This document shows, in pieces, positions 1 through 12,092 of a DNA stretch of 64,000 nucleotides; position 1 is the first letter of the stretch, and every line of letters begins with the position of its first letter. A program made the translations under genes and the position numbers. The DNA is from an uncultured Gemmatimonadaceae bacterium (GTDB lineage Bacteria; Gemmatimonadota; Gemmatimonadetes; Gemmatimonadales; Gemmatimonadaceae). The notes under the pieces are model-generated. The model was not told the origin of the DNA, did not search any database, and saw only the letters and a list, made by a program, of their open reading frames with translations. The DNA lies in assembly GCA_963822945.1 (NCBI GenBank), contig CAWGJO010000020.1, positions 576,001-640,000 of the forward strand. The letters are read 5' to 3'.

Positions 1-683
1 AGGAGCATCGTGCCCTGCCCGGCCTGGTCTGGATTGCCCGCGATCCCCTCTTCGGCGCCGCGGACGGTCCGATGGTCGGTGATGTACGCCACGTCGTAGC
101 CCGCGCGCTGGTGCCAGCGCCGGTTGGCTTCGGGACTGAACCAGGGCGCGCCGTCATGTGAGTAGCGGGTGTGCGAATGGAAATCGGCAACGAGCAGGAT
201 GTCGTTGAGCGGCGTATCGACGACCAGCGACGCCATGGGCCGCGGCACGACGGCGCCGGCGGCGTAGATCAGCACCAGCGCGACGAGCGCGACGCCCGCG
301 GCCGCGGCTTCGCGCCACGGGGTGGTGCCGCGGCGCACACCGCGCCAGCTTCGCCAGGCGACGAAGATCACCGCGTACGACGCGAGAATCGCCAGGTGCT
401 GGCGAAGACTCATCAGCGACAGCGTATCGAATACGTTGCACACGGGCGCCAGCAGCAGATAGCCGGCCGACAACACCAGGTGCACGAAGGGCACGGGTTC
501 GAAGGTGCTCGCATCGCGAAGGGGGTCGACGGCGAAGGGAGCCGAGAAGACCACGACGACGGTGAGCAGCACGGCCACCCACGGGGCGCGTCGAAGCCAG
601 GCGAGACGGTCGGTCGGGGCCGCGGGTTCGGCAGCAACGCGGCCTGGTTTGCGGGATCGACGGGAGTGAGAGGCGGCAGCCAC
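1..683 (-). CDS. Membrane-anchored PHP-domain (polymerase/histidinol phosphatase-like) metallohydrolase, truncated at the window edge
   Basis: Not in the ORF track because it is open at the left end. Manual translation from GTG 683 gives MAAASHSRR..WLRRAPWVAVLLTVVVVFSA with several hydrophobic segments, then the PHP motifs ADFHSHTRYSHDG and AYITDH. The start codon is uncertain. Confidence 0.8.
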   Translation of the reverse strand, partial: MAAASHSRRSRKPGRVAAEPAAPTDRLAWLRRAPWVAVLLTVVVVFSAPFAVDPLRDASTFEPVPFVHLVLSAGYLLLAPVCNVFDTLSLMSLRQHLAILASYAVIFVAWRSWRGVRRGTTPWREAAAAGVALVALVLIYAAGAVVPRPMASLVVDTPLNDILLVADFHSHTRYSHDGAPWFSPEANRRWHQRAGYDVAYITDHRTVRGAEEGIAGNPDQAGQGTML

Positions 684-769
684 AGCGGGTCGGGTTGAAT
701 GGCCAGGAGTTGCCGGACGGCGAGTGACCGAAGACGATAAGCTAGTGACACTTTTCTCAGAGCGCACGA

Positions 770-2821
<2,052 letters not shown>

Positions 2822-2838
2822 CCGCCGGGAGCGCCGCG

Positions 2839-3675
2839 CTACCGCAGCACCGTTCGAAAGACGAAGGACGTATCGACGAGGAAGAAGGAGCGGTTGATTC
2901 CGCTGGGGTCGAACGCGACGTAGCGCGGGCCGGCACGAAGCACGAGGAAGGGAAGCCCGGCCGGCGCGAAGTGGGCCGCGGATTCGACGGCGGCGGCCAC
3001 CCGCCCGCACACGCCGGCATCGGTCACGACGTGCACCGCGCTCGAGTCCAGCCCGGCGAGCCCGAGTCGGTTCACCATCGCCAGTTCGTCGGCCTCGCGT
3101 GCGGCGATCATTTCCTTGAGAGCCGCAATGCGCAGTTCGCCGCCGTCAGCGGTACTCGCACAGGCCCCGTGCGATCCGTCGGCGGCCGGTGCCGCCGCGG
3201 CACTCCGCAACGCGAGGGTCTGCGCGCTGGAGACACCGGGCATGTGCCGCAGGGCGTCGGCGGCCGCATCGAGCGCGCTCACCGACCCGGCATCGGCGAG
3301 ACGCACCAGGTAGTAGCCGTCCAGACCACCGTCGCTGTGGTCACCCCCCACCACCACGCCGCACACCCGGTCGACCGCGGCCTGGCGCTGGGCCTGCGAC
3401 GCCGTGGAGTCGAAGCGCGCCGCCAGCAGATTGCGCACGTAGCGCATTCCCGGACGCGATGCCGTCGTGATCGTCCCAAGGGAATCGAGGACGTTCTCGG
3501 GAATCGTGTCGGGGGCGAGCGGGGGCACGACCTCGCGGGACGCACACGCGGGGTGCGGTACCAACGCCACGTGCTGGGCCGCCACCGGACGCGCGAGCAG
3601 TGCGCCGGCCGCCGCGACCAGCGCGAACGAGAGTGTCCGGCCTGCTACTGCCACCACAGCCGTACCGACGCCCAT
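2839..3675 (-). CDS. Secreted hypothetical protein (signal peptide, prodomain-like N-domain, unknown C-domain)
   Basis: Signal-like segment ending PVAA-Q and plausible globular sequence. Start is ATG 3675 or GTG 3657/3654, overlapping the upstream stop. Confidence 0.65.
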   Translation of the reverse strand: MGVGTAVVAVAGRTLSFALVAAAGALLARPVAAQHVALVPHPACASREVVPPLAPDTIPENVLDSLGTITTASRPGMRYVRNLLAARFDSTASQAQRQAAVDRVCGVVVGGDHSDGGLDGYYLVRLADAGSVSALDAAADALRHMPGVSSAQTLALRSAAAAPAADGSHGACASTADGGELRIAALKEMIAAREADELAMVNRLGLAGLDSSAVHVVTDAGVCGRVAAAVESAAHFAPAGLPFLVLRAGPRYVAFDPSGINRSFFLVDTSFVFRTVLR

Positions 3676-4400
3676 GATTCGGGCCTGAACAGATCGGGAT
3701 CGAGCTTCACGTTCACCCGCACGTCGGAATAGTCCTCCTCGTAGACCAGCTTTCCCGCCGAGAGCACCTGCACCTGCTCGGCCAGCCACCCGCCGGGTTT
3801 GGGCACGTACCGATTGAACCGGACGTCCTGCCATGCGGTGCGCGCCTCGTTGCTCTGAATGAGCCGCACGAACAGCAGTCGCTCGGCGTCCACCCAGAAT
3901 TGCGTGGCGGTCGTGTCGCCGGCCGCCGCCCCCACCACGTACACCGGCCGCCCCTGGAAGGTGTCACGATGCACCCGGCTCAGATCGACGCCCTCATCCT
4001 GCAGCACCGCCGCCGTCCGGGCGACCGGCTGCTTGTACACGTCGAAGCCGAGGATGAGTAGCAGGTTCCGCCCCGCCGTGGCCCGCGCGAGCTTGCCGCT
4101 CGTGAAGCTGTAGGTGCTGTCGTTCCGGAAGATGGCGCCGTTTCGCGCGGCCGCCTCTCCCATGTCGATGCGCAGGCGTCCGGGAGCGGAGAGGGCCTCG
4201 TGCCAGGTCTGCACGCGCGCCTCGGATCCGTCGGGCTTGTACCAGATGCTCTTCTGGATGAAGGTGAGCGTAGGATACCACGTGGCCGCGTAGCGATCGT
4301 GCATCGCGGTGAGGACCTGATGGCCGTCGGTGAGCGTCGGCGCCTGGGCGCCGAGCAGCGTGGGGACCGAGAGCGTGGCCAGGATGAGCAGGCGGCGCAT
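3645..4400 (-). CDS. Secreted LolA-like / outer-membrane lipoprotein-sorting fold protein
   Basis: GGAG SD before ATG 4400 and signal peptide MRRLLILATLSVPTLLGA. Beta-rich sequence ending YSDVRVNVKLDPDLFRP, typical of LolA-like folds. Confidence 0.7.
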   Translation of the reverse strand: MRRLLILATLSVPTLLGAQAPTLTDGHQVLTAMHDRYAATWYPTLTFIQKSIWYKPDGSEARVQTWHEALSAPGRLRIDMGEAAARNGAIFRNDSTYSFTSGKLARATAGRNLLLILGFDVYKQPVARTAAVLQDEGVDLSRVHRDTFQGRPVYVVGAAAGDTTATQFWVDAERLLFVRLIQSNEARTAWQDVRFNRYVPKPGGWLAEQVQVLSAGKLVYEEDYSDVRVNVKLDPDLFRPESWASVRLWWQ

Positions 4401-4537
4401 GAGAGGCTCCGATGGAATTTCGCGACCCGGGGAGACCGGCTCGACCGGCGAACGTCGGGATCGCGGAAACTGGGACGGCGGGTGATTCGGAATTCGGTGA
4501 ATACTACGACGTGCACGGCCCGGCGGGGCGGGATGGC

Positions 4538-5227
4538 TCAGGCTTCGAGCCGGTAGCCCGCCTTCCAGACCGTCAGGATGTGTCGGGGCTTGGAGGGATC
4601 GTCTTCGAGCTTGCGGCGCAATTCGGCGATGTGGATGTCCACCGTACGCGTCATGACGTCGGCGCTGTAGCCCCACACTTCCTTCAGTAGTTCGAGCCGC
4701 GAAACCACGGCGCCCCGCCGTCGGACGAGCATGAGCAGCAGGTCGAATTCCTTGGGACTCAACGAGACGGGCTGGTCGCCGCGGGTCACGGTGCGGGATG
4801 CCGGGTTGATCTCCACGGCACCGAACCGTTCGACCGATTCGATACCGGTCCCGTCGTCGGGCTGGCGGGCCCGGCGGAGCAGCGCCGCAACGCGGGCCAG
4901 CAGTTCCAGCACGCCGCACGGCTTGGTGACGTAGTCGTCGGCACCGAGGCGGAAGCCGAGGACCTTGTCGGTTTCCTCGCCGCGTGCGGTGAGAATGAGG
5001 ACCGGCATCTGAAGCCCTTCGTCGCGCAGCGCGCGCAGGACCCGGTAGCCATCCATGCCGGGAAGCATGAGATCGAGGATGACGAGGTGCGGGTGCCAAT
5101 CGCGGGCCCGCGCGAGGCCGGTCTCGCCGTCGCCGGCCACGTCGGCTTCGTACCCTTCGATCTCGAGCCCGGTGCGCAGCCCGTACGCGAGATCCGGATT
5201 GTCTTCGATGATCAGAATGCGATTCAT
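4538..5227 (-). CDS. OmpR/PhoB-family response regulator
   Basis: ILIIEDN..LVILDLMLPGMDG..ADDYVTKP receiver plus winged helix (TRTVDIHIAELRRKLE..GYRL). ATGA overlap with the kinase stop. Confidence 0.95.
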   Translation of the reverse strand: MNRILIIEDNPDLAYGLRTGLEIEGYEADVAGDGETGLARARDWHPHLVILDLMLPGMDGYRVLRALRDEGLQMPVLILTARGEETDKVLGFRLGADDYVTKPCGVLELLARVAALLRRARQPDDGTGIESVERFGAVEINPASRTVTRGDQPVSLSPKEFDLLLMLVRRRGAVVSRLELLKEVWGYSADVMTRTVDIHIAELRRKLEDDPSKPRHILTVWKAGYRLEA

Positions 5228-6948
5228 GTGGGTGGCTCCTCGGGCACCGTGGCTTCGGTGGCCTGCAACGTGAAGAGAACGCGCACCCCGCCGCCAGGCG
5301 ACGGTTCCATGCTGCAGTGCCCGCCGTGCATCTGCACCAAGTCGCGGACCACGGAGAGGCCGATGCCGCTGCCTCCGGTGCCGCGTTCGGCATCTCGCCC
5401 CAGGCGCACGTACGGTTCCCAGACGCGGGGCCGGTCGACTTCCGATACGCCGGGCCCCTCGTCGTCGATCCAGATCCGCACCCACTCGCGCGTGCGGGCG
5501 CTGCCGACCGTAATCGTCTGCCCCTCGGGGCCGTACTTGGCGGCGTTGTCCAGCAGATTGAGCAGGATCTGCCGCAGCGCATTGCGGTCGGCGAGCGCCA
5601 CGAGTCCGATCTCGATCTCGGCCCGGAGCTTCATTTTCCGCGAGCGCGCCAGCGGCGTGAAGAGTTCGAGGGCGTCGCGCAGTTCCTTCTCGACGTCCGT
5701 CGGGACCGGGGCGATGCGGTTCTGCCGGCGCTCGGCGCGCGCGAAGTTGAGCACGTTCTCCACCAGATAGGTCAGTCGCCGAGCCTCCTGATCGATGATG
5801 CCGGCCGACCGGACCCGTTCCTCCTCGGTGCGCAGCTTGCCCATGTGCAGCAGTTCGGAGAACCAGCGGATCTGGGCGAGCGGTGTCCGCAACTCGTGCG
5901 ACACGCCGGATACGAATTCCGTGCGCAGGCGGGCCAACTCCTGCTCGCGACGCAGCTGCACGAGTGCGATGGCGAGCAACAGGGCCATCAACAGCAGCAG
6001 GGCCAGCAGCATCGGGAGCCGCGACGGCGGAAGTCCGCCGACGATCAACCGATCGGCCACATCCGGTCGCAGGGCGATGCGGAGCACGAGGCGTCCGAAG
6101 TTGGATTCCAGCGTATCCGTGGCGTTGTACGTCAGGTCGTACTGGCCCGGCGATCCGAACAGCGGATCGCCCGATCCGTCCTCGATGACCATGGAGAGCA
6201 CGGAGTCGAGCGGCATGTTCCCCACCAGAGACGGGGGGAGCAGCGCGCTGCGGCGATACACCGCCTGGAACGCCGGGGTCAGAAAGGGCAGCGGCGGAGT
6301 CTCGTATCCGTAGATGACCACGGGCCGTCCGTCCATGTTGCGCGAGACCAGGAACACCAGCAGGCGCGGGCGGAGTTCCACATGACCGAGGATCATCACG
6401 TACGAGTCGTTGGTGACGATCACGCGCATCATCGCCTGGGGGCGCGCCGCGATGTCCGAGGAGCCGTAGGCCTTGGGGAGCATCTCCTTGAGCGGCGGCA
6501 TCCGTTTCACGTAGGCGAGGATCGTATCCCGCGCCCAGCGCAATTCGCCCGACGAGGCGTTCGTCGGCGTCGTCAGCAGCGGCCCGTCGGGCCAGTCGAT
6601 TCTGAAGTAGTACCGCACACTGTCCAGGCACTTGCACCAGCCCGCGTAGTCGCGGGCCAGCGTGGCCACCGCCTCCGGGGAGAGCAACGACGCCGGCAGT
6701 CGCTCGGGATTCACCCGCATGGCGGCCTGGCCGAGCGACGGGATCATGCTCGTGAGCAACTCGTTCTTGATCTGCTGCCCGAACTGCCAGTCGGCGAACG
6801 ACGCGTAGTCGCGCAGCGTGCGTTCGGCGGTGAGCCGGTGTCCCCGCGCCGCCACCTGGGCCTCGTACACGAGCATCGCGGTGATCACGAGCGCGAGCCC
6901 GAGCACCACCACGGTACCGATCAGCCGGGAGGGACGCGAAGGGGTCAT
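5224..6948 (-). CDS. Membrane sensor histidine kinase
   Basis: Two TM helices flank a large periplasmic domain. H-box SHELRTPL, N-box NLLDNAAKY, G-boxes DEGPG and GSGIGL. Confidence 0.95.
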   Translation of the reverse strand: MTPSRPSRLIGTVVVLGLALVITAMLVYEAQVAARGHRLTAERTLRDYASFADWQFGQQIKNELLTSMIPSLGQAAMRVNPERLPASLLSPEAVATLARDYAGWCKCLDSVRYYFRIDWPDGPLLTTPTNASSGELRWARDTILAYVKRMPPLKEMLPKAYGSSDIAARPQAMMRVIVTNDSYVMILGHVELRPRLLVFLVSRNMDGRPVVIYGYETPPLPFLTPAFQAVYRRSALLPPSLVGNMPLDSVLSMVIEDGSGDPLFGSPGQYDLTYNATDTLESNFGRLVLRIALRPDVADRLIVGGLPPSRLPMLLALLLLMALLLAIALVQLRREQELARLRTEFVSGVSHELRTPLAQIRWFSELLHMGKLRTEEERVRSAGIIDQEARRLTYLVENVLNFARAERRQNRIAPVPTDVEKELRDALELFTPLARSRKMKLRAEIEIGLVALADRNALRQILLNLLDNAAKYGPEGQTITVGSARTREWVRIWIDDEGPGVSEVDRPRVWEPYVRLGRDAERGTGGSGIGLSVVRDLVQMHGGHCSMEPSPGGGVRVLFTLQATEATVPEEPPT

Positions 6949-7058
6949 GGTACGTCGAAATGAAACCCTCCGGCCGGAGACCAGCCAGAGCGGCCGGGGC
7001 GCGTCTTACCAAAGGCTTACAGCGGCCGACGCGAAACACGCCGGAAGCACCGGTCGGC

Positions 7059-7086
7059 TTGACTGTGCGAGCCAATGCGGCAAACT
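7059..7086 (+). promoter_or_regulatory. Putative sigma70 promoter (TTGACT-16 bp-CAAACT) of the acyl-CoA dehydrogenase, probably leaderless
   Basis: Near-consensus -35 and a -10-like hexamer 6 nt before ATG 7093. No SD sequence. Confidence 0.45.
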
Positions 7087-7092
7087 CCACAC

Positions 7093-8868
7093 ATGACCGC
7101 CGCGATGCCTTCCTTCGTTCGGGGCATGTTCAGCGGGGCCGTGCACGATGCCCTGCTCTTTCCGTACCCCGACCCACTGGAGCGTCGCGACCGCGACGAA
7201 GCCGCGCGCGTCGGGGGGCTCATCGACTGCCTGCGCGGGATCGAACGCGACCTCGTCGACTCGAATGCCATTGACGAGCACGAGACGGTGCCCGAGCCCA
7301 TCGTCCGCGCCCTTGCCGATGGCGGCCTGCTCGGCCTCACGATTCCCGCCGAATACGGCGGGGCCGGACTCTCGCCGGCGGGATACGCACGGGTCATTGG
7401 CGAGCTGTCGCGCATCGACGCGAGTCTCGCGGTGCTGGTGGGCGTGCACTGCGGACTGGGCGCGCGCGCCATCGTGCTGTATGGCACACCGGAGCAGAAG
7501 GCGCGCTACCTGCCGGGGCTGGCCCGTGGAGAGACGCTCGCGGCGTACGCCCTCACCGAACCCGAGACGGGGTCCGACGCCCAGCACATCCACACGCGCG
7601 CCGAGCGCGGCGCGGACGGCGCCTCGTGGATCCTGAACGGACACAAGCAATGGATCGGCAATGGCCACCGGGCCGGCGTCATCGTCACCTTCGCGCAGAC
7701 CGAGGTGCAACGCCGCGGCGAGCGCACCACGCGCCCCACCGCGTTCATCATCCGCTCCGACCTGCCGGGGTTCAAGGTGATGAGTACCGTGCGCAAGCTC
7801 GGCATTCGCGGATCGACACAGGCCGAACTGGTGTATCAGAACCTGGTGGTGTCCGATGACGAAGTGCTGGGAACGGTCGGCAAGGGGTTCGCGGTGGCGG
7901 TCCACGTGTTGAACGGCGGCCGGCTCTCGCTGGCCGCGGGGTGCACGGCCGCCACCAAGCGGATTCTCGGCCAGATGACGGCGTTCGCCGAGGAGCGCGT
8001 GCAGTTCGGGCGGCCTATCGCCGACTTCGAGATCACGCAGCGCAAGCTGGCGCGCCTGGCGTCGGACACGTACGCCGCCGACGCGATGCTCGGCGCGCTG
8101 ACGGCGATGGCGGCCGATCCGGCCAGCGACTCCGCGCTCGAGGCCGCGTGCTGCAAGGTGTTCGCCAGCGAGCTGCTCTGGCGGGCCGCCGACGAGATGG
8201 TGCAGGTGGCCGGCGGGCGCGGGTACGTGAAGCCGTATCCATACGAGCGGATGTTGCGCGACGCGCGCATCAACCGAATTTTCGAGGGCACGAACGAGAT
8301 TCTGCGGCTGTTCATCGCCCTCAATGGCATTCAGGTGCCGGCCGGGGAGTTGCGGGAGATCGCGGCGGCATTGAAGCACCCGCTGCGTCACCTGGGACTC
8401 GTGAGCGGGTTCGCCGCGTCGCGGCTGCGCAGCCGGCTGGGCGCCACGGGCACGCTCGACACGGCGTTGCACCCGCGCCTCGAAGGGCACAAGCGATATT
8501 TCGAAAAGCACGTGCGCCAGTTGAGCGAGGGTGCCCGCCGGCTGCTCGAGACGTATCGGGACCAGATTGCCGAACGGCAGCAGGAACTGGAACGACTGGC
8601 CGACATGGCGGTGGAGCTGTTCGCCACAGCGGCCGTGCTGGCGCGGACGCAGCGCCTGATCACCGATCGCGGGATCGCGGCCTGCGTGCACGAAGTGGAC
8701 CTCTGCGACCTGTTCGTCGCCGACGCGGGGCGCCGGTTCGGGGCAGCGCGCGACACGCTGCAATCGATCCAGGATGAGACGCGACGCGCGATCGCGAGGT
8801 CCATACGAGACGAGGGCGGATACGCCGTCCCCGACGCGCTGCTGGACTGGCCTCAACGGACGGAGTGA
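7093..8868 (+). CDS. Acyl-CoA dehydrogenase, VLCAD/ACAD9-like with C-terminal extension
   Basis: YALTEPETGSDA, WILNGHKQWIGNG, RVQFGRPI, GGRGY and catalytic RIFEGTNEI motifs. Confidence 0.95.
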   Translation: MTAAMPSFVRGMFSGAVHDALLFPYPDPLERRDRDEAARVGGLIDCLRGIERDLVDSNAIDEHETVPEPIVRALADGGLLGLTIPAEYGGAGLSPAGYARVIGELSRIDASLAVLVGVHCGLGARAIVLYGTPEQKARYLPGLARGETLAAYALTEPETGSDAQHIHTRAERGADGASWILNGHKQWIGNGHRAGVIVTFAQTEVQRRGERTTRPTAFIIRSDLPGFKVMSTVRKLGIRGSTQAELVYQNLVVSDDEVLGTVGKGFAVAVHVLNGGRLSLAAGCTAATKRILGQMTAFAEERVQFGRPIADFEITQRKLARLASDTYAADAMLGALTAMAADPASDSALEAACCKVFASELLWRAADEMVQVAGGRGYVKPYPYERMLRDARINRIFEGTNEILRLFIALNGIQVPAGELREIAAALKHPLRHLGLVSGFAASRLRSRLGATGTLDTALHPRLEGHKRYFEKHVRQLSEGARRLLETYRDQIAERQQELERLADMAVELFATAAVLARTQRLITDRGIAACVHEVDLCDLFVADAGRRFGAARDTLQSIQDETRRAIARSIRDEGGYAVPDALLDWPQRTE

Positions 8869-8869
8869 C

Positions 8870-9502
8870 ATGCGACGCATTTTCGACATCTCGGTGCCGG
8901 TGGAATCCGGCGGGCTCGTGTACCCGGGCAATCCCGAGATCCGGATCGAGTTGCAGCAGGCGATCGCGAACGGGGCGACGTCCAACGTGTCGCGTATCGA
9001 CTTCGGATCGCATACGGGCACGCACGTGGACGCGCCGCGGCACTTCTTCGACGACGGCGCGGGGGCTGATCTGCTGCCGCTGGACGTCCTGATGGGCCCG
9101 GCCCTGGTGATCGCCGTCGAGCCCGATCTGATGGCCGTCTCGGCGGCGCAGCTGCGCGAGCACGATCTCACGCACGTGACGCGTCTGCTCATCCGGACCC
9201 GGAATTCGGGATTCATCCGGGAGCCCGAATTCCGAAAGAACTTCACCTACCTGGCGCCCGACGGCGCGGAGTACCTCGTAGAGCACGGGGTGAAGCTGGT
9301 CGGGGTGGACTACCTGTCGGTGGAGCAATTTCACTCGGGCCATCATCGCACTCACCGCACGCTGCTCGGGCATGGGGTGGTGATCATCGAGGGGCTCGAC
9401 CTGAGCGAGCCGACCCCGGGAGTGTACGAACTCCGCTGCCTGCCGCTCCGGCTCACCGGCCTCGACGGCGCGCCGGCGCGGGCCGTGCTGCTCGCGTCCT
9501 GA
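8870..9502 (+). CDS. Cyclase-family metal-dependent hydrolase (kynurenine formamidase KynB-like)
   Basis: HTGTHVDAPRH motif, GVDYLSVE, IIEGLDL, DGAPARAVL. GGAG SD. Confidence 0.9.
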   Translation: MRRIFDISVPVESGGLVYPGNPEIRIELQQAIANGATSNVSRIDFGSHTGTHVDAPRHFFDDGAGADLLPLDVLMGPALVIAVEPDLMAVSAAQLREHDLTHVTRLLIRTRNSGFIREPEFRKNFTYLAPDGAEYLVEHGVKLVGVDYLSVEQFHSGHHRTHRTLLGHGVVIIEGLDLSEPTPGVYELRCLPLRLTGLDGAPARAVLLAS

Positions 9503-9556
9503 CGGCTCGCCCTCGTCTTCTCTTCTCTTTTTCTTCTCATACCGGTATTCGAAACG

Positions 9557-10461
9557 ATGCAACTGGCAATGATTGGACTTGGCCGCATGGGCGGCAACAT
9601 GGTCGAGCGCCTGATGCGCGACCGGCACACCGTGGTGGTGTACGATCGGAGCGCCGACGCCGTGCAGAAGGCGGCGGCCCTCGGCGCCACGCCGGCCCCT
9701 GACCTGGCTCAGTTGTGCGCGCAGCTCAAGGCGCCACGGGTGGTCTGGATCATGGTGCCCGCCGGCGACCCGGTGGACGAGACGATCGACGCGCTGAGCG
9801 CGCACATGACGGAGGGCGACGTCATCATCGACGGCGGCAACTCCAACTTCAAGGACTCGATGCGCCGCGCCGCCGCGCTCGCGGAACGGAAGATCGAATT
9901 CATCGACGCCGGAACGAGCGGTGGGGTCTGGGGGCTCGAGAACGGATACTGCCTCATGGTGGGCGGCTCGACGCGCGCCGTCACCCAGTGCGAGCCGATC
10001 TTCAAGACGCTGGCGCCGCCCGACGGCTTCGCGCACGTGGGACCGGCCGGCGCGGGCCACTACGTGAAGATGGTGCACAACGGCATCGAGTACGGGCTGC
10101 TCCAGGCGTACGCCGAAGGCTACGAGGTGCTCCACGCCTCCAAGACCTTCCCCAAACTCGACCTCGAACAGATTGCCTCGGTGTGGCAGCACGCGAGCGT
10201 CGTGCGCTCATGGCTCAACGAGTTGGCGATGCGTGCGTTCTCCAAGGACGCCTCGCTCGGCGGCGATCAAGGGTTGGGTGGCCGACTCCGGCGAGGGCCG
10301 CTGGACGGTGAACGAGGCGATCGACCTCGACGTACCGGCTCCGGTGATCACGCTGTCGCTCCTCACCCGCTTCCGCTCCCGCCAGGAAGACAGCTTCTCG
10401 GCCAAGGTCATTGCCGCGTTGCGGAACGAGTTCGGCGGCCACGCGGTGAAGCGCCGAATGA
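9557..10461 (+). CDS. gnd: 6-phosphogluconate dehydrogenase (decarboxylating, short YqeC/GntZ type), with frameshift(s)
   Basis: [34 protein letters not shown]. After about 10260 the C-terminus ([24 protein letters not shown]) continues in another frame. Removing one base near 10452 gives VKAE* with ATGA overlap into zwf. Confidence 0.9.
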
Positions 10462-12065
10462 CGGCGGAGACCAAGCGGGTCGCCGCCCGGCCCAAGCGGG
10501 CCCGGCGGCCGAACGGTTCGGAACGACGGAACGCGGACCCCTGCACGATGGTGGTCCTCGGCGCGTCCGGCGACCTGTCGCGACGCAAGCTCATGCCGGC
10601 GCTGTACCAGATGGCCAAGGACGGGCTGCTCCCCGAGCCCTTCCAGCTGCTCGGCGTGGGGCGCGACTCCTACGACGACACCGCCTTCCGCAAGCTGATG
10701 CACGCCGAACTCGAGAAGTCCGACGAGATCGACGGAGTGGACGACACGGTGTGGGAGCGGCTGAGCGCGCAGATCCACTACGTGTCGGGCGACTTCGCGC
10801 AGGCCGCCACGTACACGGCCATTCAGGAGCGCCTGGCGGCCATCGAGGAGCCGCATCCGCCCGAGGCGCGCAACCGGCTGTTCTACCTGGCCGTGCCGCC
10901 GAGCGTATTCGAAGACATCGTGCGTCACCTGTCCTCGAGTGGCCTGGCGCCGAAGGCGGCCGGTGCCGAGGAGCGCCCATGGCGCCGCGTGGTGATCGAG
11001 AAGCCGTTCGGACACGATCTCGCCACCGCGCAGGAACTCAACCACCTGGTACTGGAACTGTTCGACGAGTGCCAGTTGTTCCGCATCGACCACTACCTCG
11101 GCAAGGAGACGGTCCAGAGCATCCTCGTCTTTCGCTTCGCCAACGCGATCTTCGAACCGCTCTGGAACCGGCAATCAATCGCCCACGTGCAGATCACCGT
11201 GGCCGAGACCGTGGGCGTGGAGCAGCGTGGCGGGTACTACGAGGAAGCGGGCGTGGTCCGCGACATGTTCCAGAACCATCTCATGCAGCTCCTCGCGCTC
11301 ACCGGCATGGAACCGCCGGTGACGATGAGCGCCGACGCGGTCCGCGACGAGAAGGTGAAGGTGCTGCGCTCCGTGCGGTGGATGGGCCCCGCCGACGTCG
11401 ACAACTCGGTGGTGCGCGCCCAGTACCGGGCCGGATCGCTGCACGGTGTCGAGGTGCCGGGCTATCGCCACGAGCCGATGATCGCGCCGGACTCGGTCAC
11501 GCCGACGTTCGCCGCCATGCGGCTCTACCTCGACAACTGGCGGTGGAAGGGCGTGCCATTCTTCCTCCGGTCGGGCAAGCGCATGCCCGACCGGGTGTCG
11601 GAGGTGTCGGTGCAGTTCCGCGACCCGCCGCATCTGATGTTCGGCCACGAGACGCGCAAGCTGCTGGCCCCGAACACGCTCGTCATGCGCATCCAGCCGG
11701 ACGAGGGCGTCTCGCTATCGTTCCAGGTGAAGACGCCGGGCGCCGCCTACCAGTTGGCCAAGCAGATGGAGGTGGCGCCGGTGGCGATGGACTTCGCTTA
11801 CCGGGATGCCTTCGGCGACGTGAACCCGCCGGCGTACGAAACTCTGCTCCTCGACGTGATGCTCGGCGACGCCACGCTCTTCACCCGCAGCGACGAGGTG
11901 GAGGCCGCCTGGCGAGTCGTCGACCCGATCCTCGACTACTGGGACGCGCACCCGCCGACCCGCATGGATACGTACGAGGCCGGCACGTGGGGGCCGGCCT
12001 CGGCCAATCAGCTCATCGCCCAGAACGGATTCTCGTGGCGCGAGCCGGATCCTGAGGACGACTGA
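10458..12065 (+). CDS. zwf: Glucose-6-phosphate 1-dehydrogenase
   Basis: [44 protein letters not shown]. Confidence 0.97.
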   Translation: MTAETKRVAARPKRARRPNGSERRNADPCTMVVLGASGDLSRRKLMPALYQMAKDGLLPEPFQLLGVGRDSYDDTAFRKLMHAELEKSDEIDGVDDTVWERLSAQIHYVSGDFAQAATYTAIQERLAAIEEPHPPEARNRLFYLAVPPSVFEDIVRHLSSSGLAPKAAGAEERPWRRVVIEKPFGHDLATAQELNHLVLELFDECQLFRIDHYLGKETVQSILVFRFANAIFEPLWNRQSIAHVQITVAETVGVEQRGGYYEEAGVVRDMFQNHLMQLLALTGMEPPVTMSADAVRDEKVKVLRSVRWMGPADVDNSVVRAQYRAGSLHGVEVPGYRHEPMIAPDSVTPTFAAMRLYLDNWRWKGVPFFLRSGKRMPDRVSEVSVQFRDPPHLMFGHETRKLLAPNTLVMRIQPDEGVSLSFQVKTPGAAYQLAKQMEVAPVAMDFAYRDAFGDVNPPAYETLLLDVMLGDATLFTRSDEVEAAWRVVDPILDYWDAHPPTRMDTYEAGTWGPASANQLIAQNGFSWREPDPEDD

Positions 12066-12092
12066 AGCGGCAACCCGACGACCGGCGGCGCG

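Noticed and set aside
8870..9502. Kynurenine route to NAD inferred from the KynB-like cyclase near nadC
   Set aside because: There is no kynA, kynU or HAAO gene in the window, the aspartate route (nadBA) is complete, and cyclase-family proteins are functionally diverse.
9557..12055. 832-aa ORF starting as Gnd
   Set aside because: The sequence after about residue 235 is out-of-frame nonsense caused by the indel near 10260.
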